Assembly: GCF_030684315.1 (NCBI RefSeq)
Contig: NC_081393.1
Coordinates: 15,619,479-15,683,478, forward strand
DNA: 64,000 nucleotides
Direction of reading: 5' to 3'
From: Stegostoma tigrinum
Lineage: Eukaryota
Part shown: positions 63,035 through 64,000 of the stretch, piece by piece
Numbering within the stretch: the stretch's first letter is position 1
Layout of the letters: the number at the start of each line of letters is the position of its first letter
Notes under the pieces: model-generated
The model's database searches: none
Told to the model about the DNA's origin: nothing
Seen by the model: only the letters and a program-made list of their open reading frames with translations
Position numbers and translations under genes: made by a program

Positions 63035-64000
63035 TGGTAACAAGGTGTACAGCTGGATGAAAACAACAGGCCAAGCAGCATCAGTGGAGCAGGAAGGCTG
63101 ACGTTTCGGACCTGGACCCTTCTTCAGAAATGGGGGAGGGGAAGGGGGTTCTGAAATAAATAGGGAGAGAGGGGGAGGCGGATAGAAGATGGATAGAGGA
63201 GAAGATAGGTGGAGAGGAGACAGACAGGTCAAAGAGGCGGGGATGGAGTCAGGGGAGGTGAATGCAAGTGGGGAGTTAGGGAGGGGATAGATCAGTCCAG
63301 GGAGGACGGACAGGTCAAGGGGGTGGGATGAAGTTAGTAGGTAGGAGATGGGGGTGGGGCTTGAGGTAGGAGGAGGGAACAGGTAGGAGGAAGAACAGGT
63401 TAGGGAGGCAGAGACAAGCTGGGCTGGTTTTGGGATACAGTAGGGGAGGGGAGATTTTGAAGCTTTAAGTTCACATTGATACCATTGGGCTGCAGGGTTC
63501 CCAAGCGAAATATGAGTTGCGGTTCCTGCAACCTTCACATGGCATCATTGTGGCACTGCAGGAGGCCCAGGATGGACATGTCGTCTAAGGAACAGGAGGG
63601 GGAGTTGAAATAGTTCGCGACTGGGAGGTACAGTTGTTCAGTGCGAACCAAGCATAGGTGTTCCGCAAAGCGGTCCCCAAGCCTCCGCTTGGTTTCCCCA
63701 ATGTAGAGGAAGCCACAACGGGAACAGCGGATACAGTATACCACATTAGCAGATGTGCAGGTGAACATCTGCCTGTTGTGGAAAGTCTTCTTAGGGCCTG
63801 GGATGGGGGTGAGGGAGGTGGTGTAGGGGCAGGCGTAGCACTTTCTGCGATTGCAGGGAAAAGTGCTGGGTGTAGTGGGGCTGGAGGGGAGTGTGGGGCG
63901 GACAAGGGAATCCTGGAGACAGTGGTCCCTCCAGAAAGCAGATAAGGGTGGGGAGGGAAAAATGAACAGCACGTCATATTCCGCTTGGGAACCCTGCAGC
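63035..64000 (-). mobile_element. Penelope-like element 3' part: GIY-YIG endonuclease remnant + 3' pLTR
   Basis: ORF 63535..63972 FTCTSANVVYCIRCSRCGFLYIGETKRRLGDRFAEHL...PVANYFNSPSCS (VVY..C..C..YIG pattern of PLE endonucleases), followed by a CT-rich UTR and the terminal sequence shared with the short inserts. Confidence 0.85.

Noticed and set aside
62933-63538. 201-aa Pro/Ser-rich ORF
   Set aside because: Spans the CT-rich 3' UTR of the Penelope-like element and the adjacent tandem repeat; low-complexity artefact

Overview
Eukaryotic, repeat-rich vertebrate DNA. The repeat content (HE1-type tRNA SINEs, many CR1 LINE fragments, Penelope-like elements) points to a shark or other cartilaginous fish; this is inference. 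Three complete spliced genes lie on the minus strand, all assembled by hand with GT-AG junctions and consistent phases. GINS4/SLD5 has 7 coding exons (258-8081, 223 aa), CHMP7 has 10 coding exons (13442-24726, 450 aa) and LGI3 has 8 coding exons (32201-55889, 549 aa). Introns and intergenic DNA hold decayed CR1 and Rex/Babar-type LINE pieces, SINEs, solo-LTR-like repeats, a Penelope-like GIY-YIG fragment and many short fold-back Penelope-derived inserts carrying minimal hammerhead-like cores. The most striking unexplained structure is a ~9.5 kb array of ~200 copies of a 47-bp unit in LGI3 intron 1. Its sense strand repeats an AUUAAA plus GU-rich cassette and dozens of perfect Pumilio elements. 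Also notable is a ~30-bp-phased GC-box/CCAAT ladder upstream of CHMP7. There are no prokaryotic features and no CRISPR array. Repeat boundaries are approximate and read by eye.
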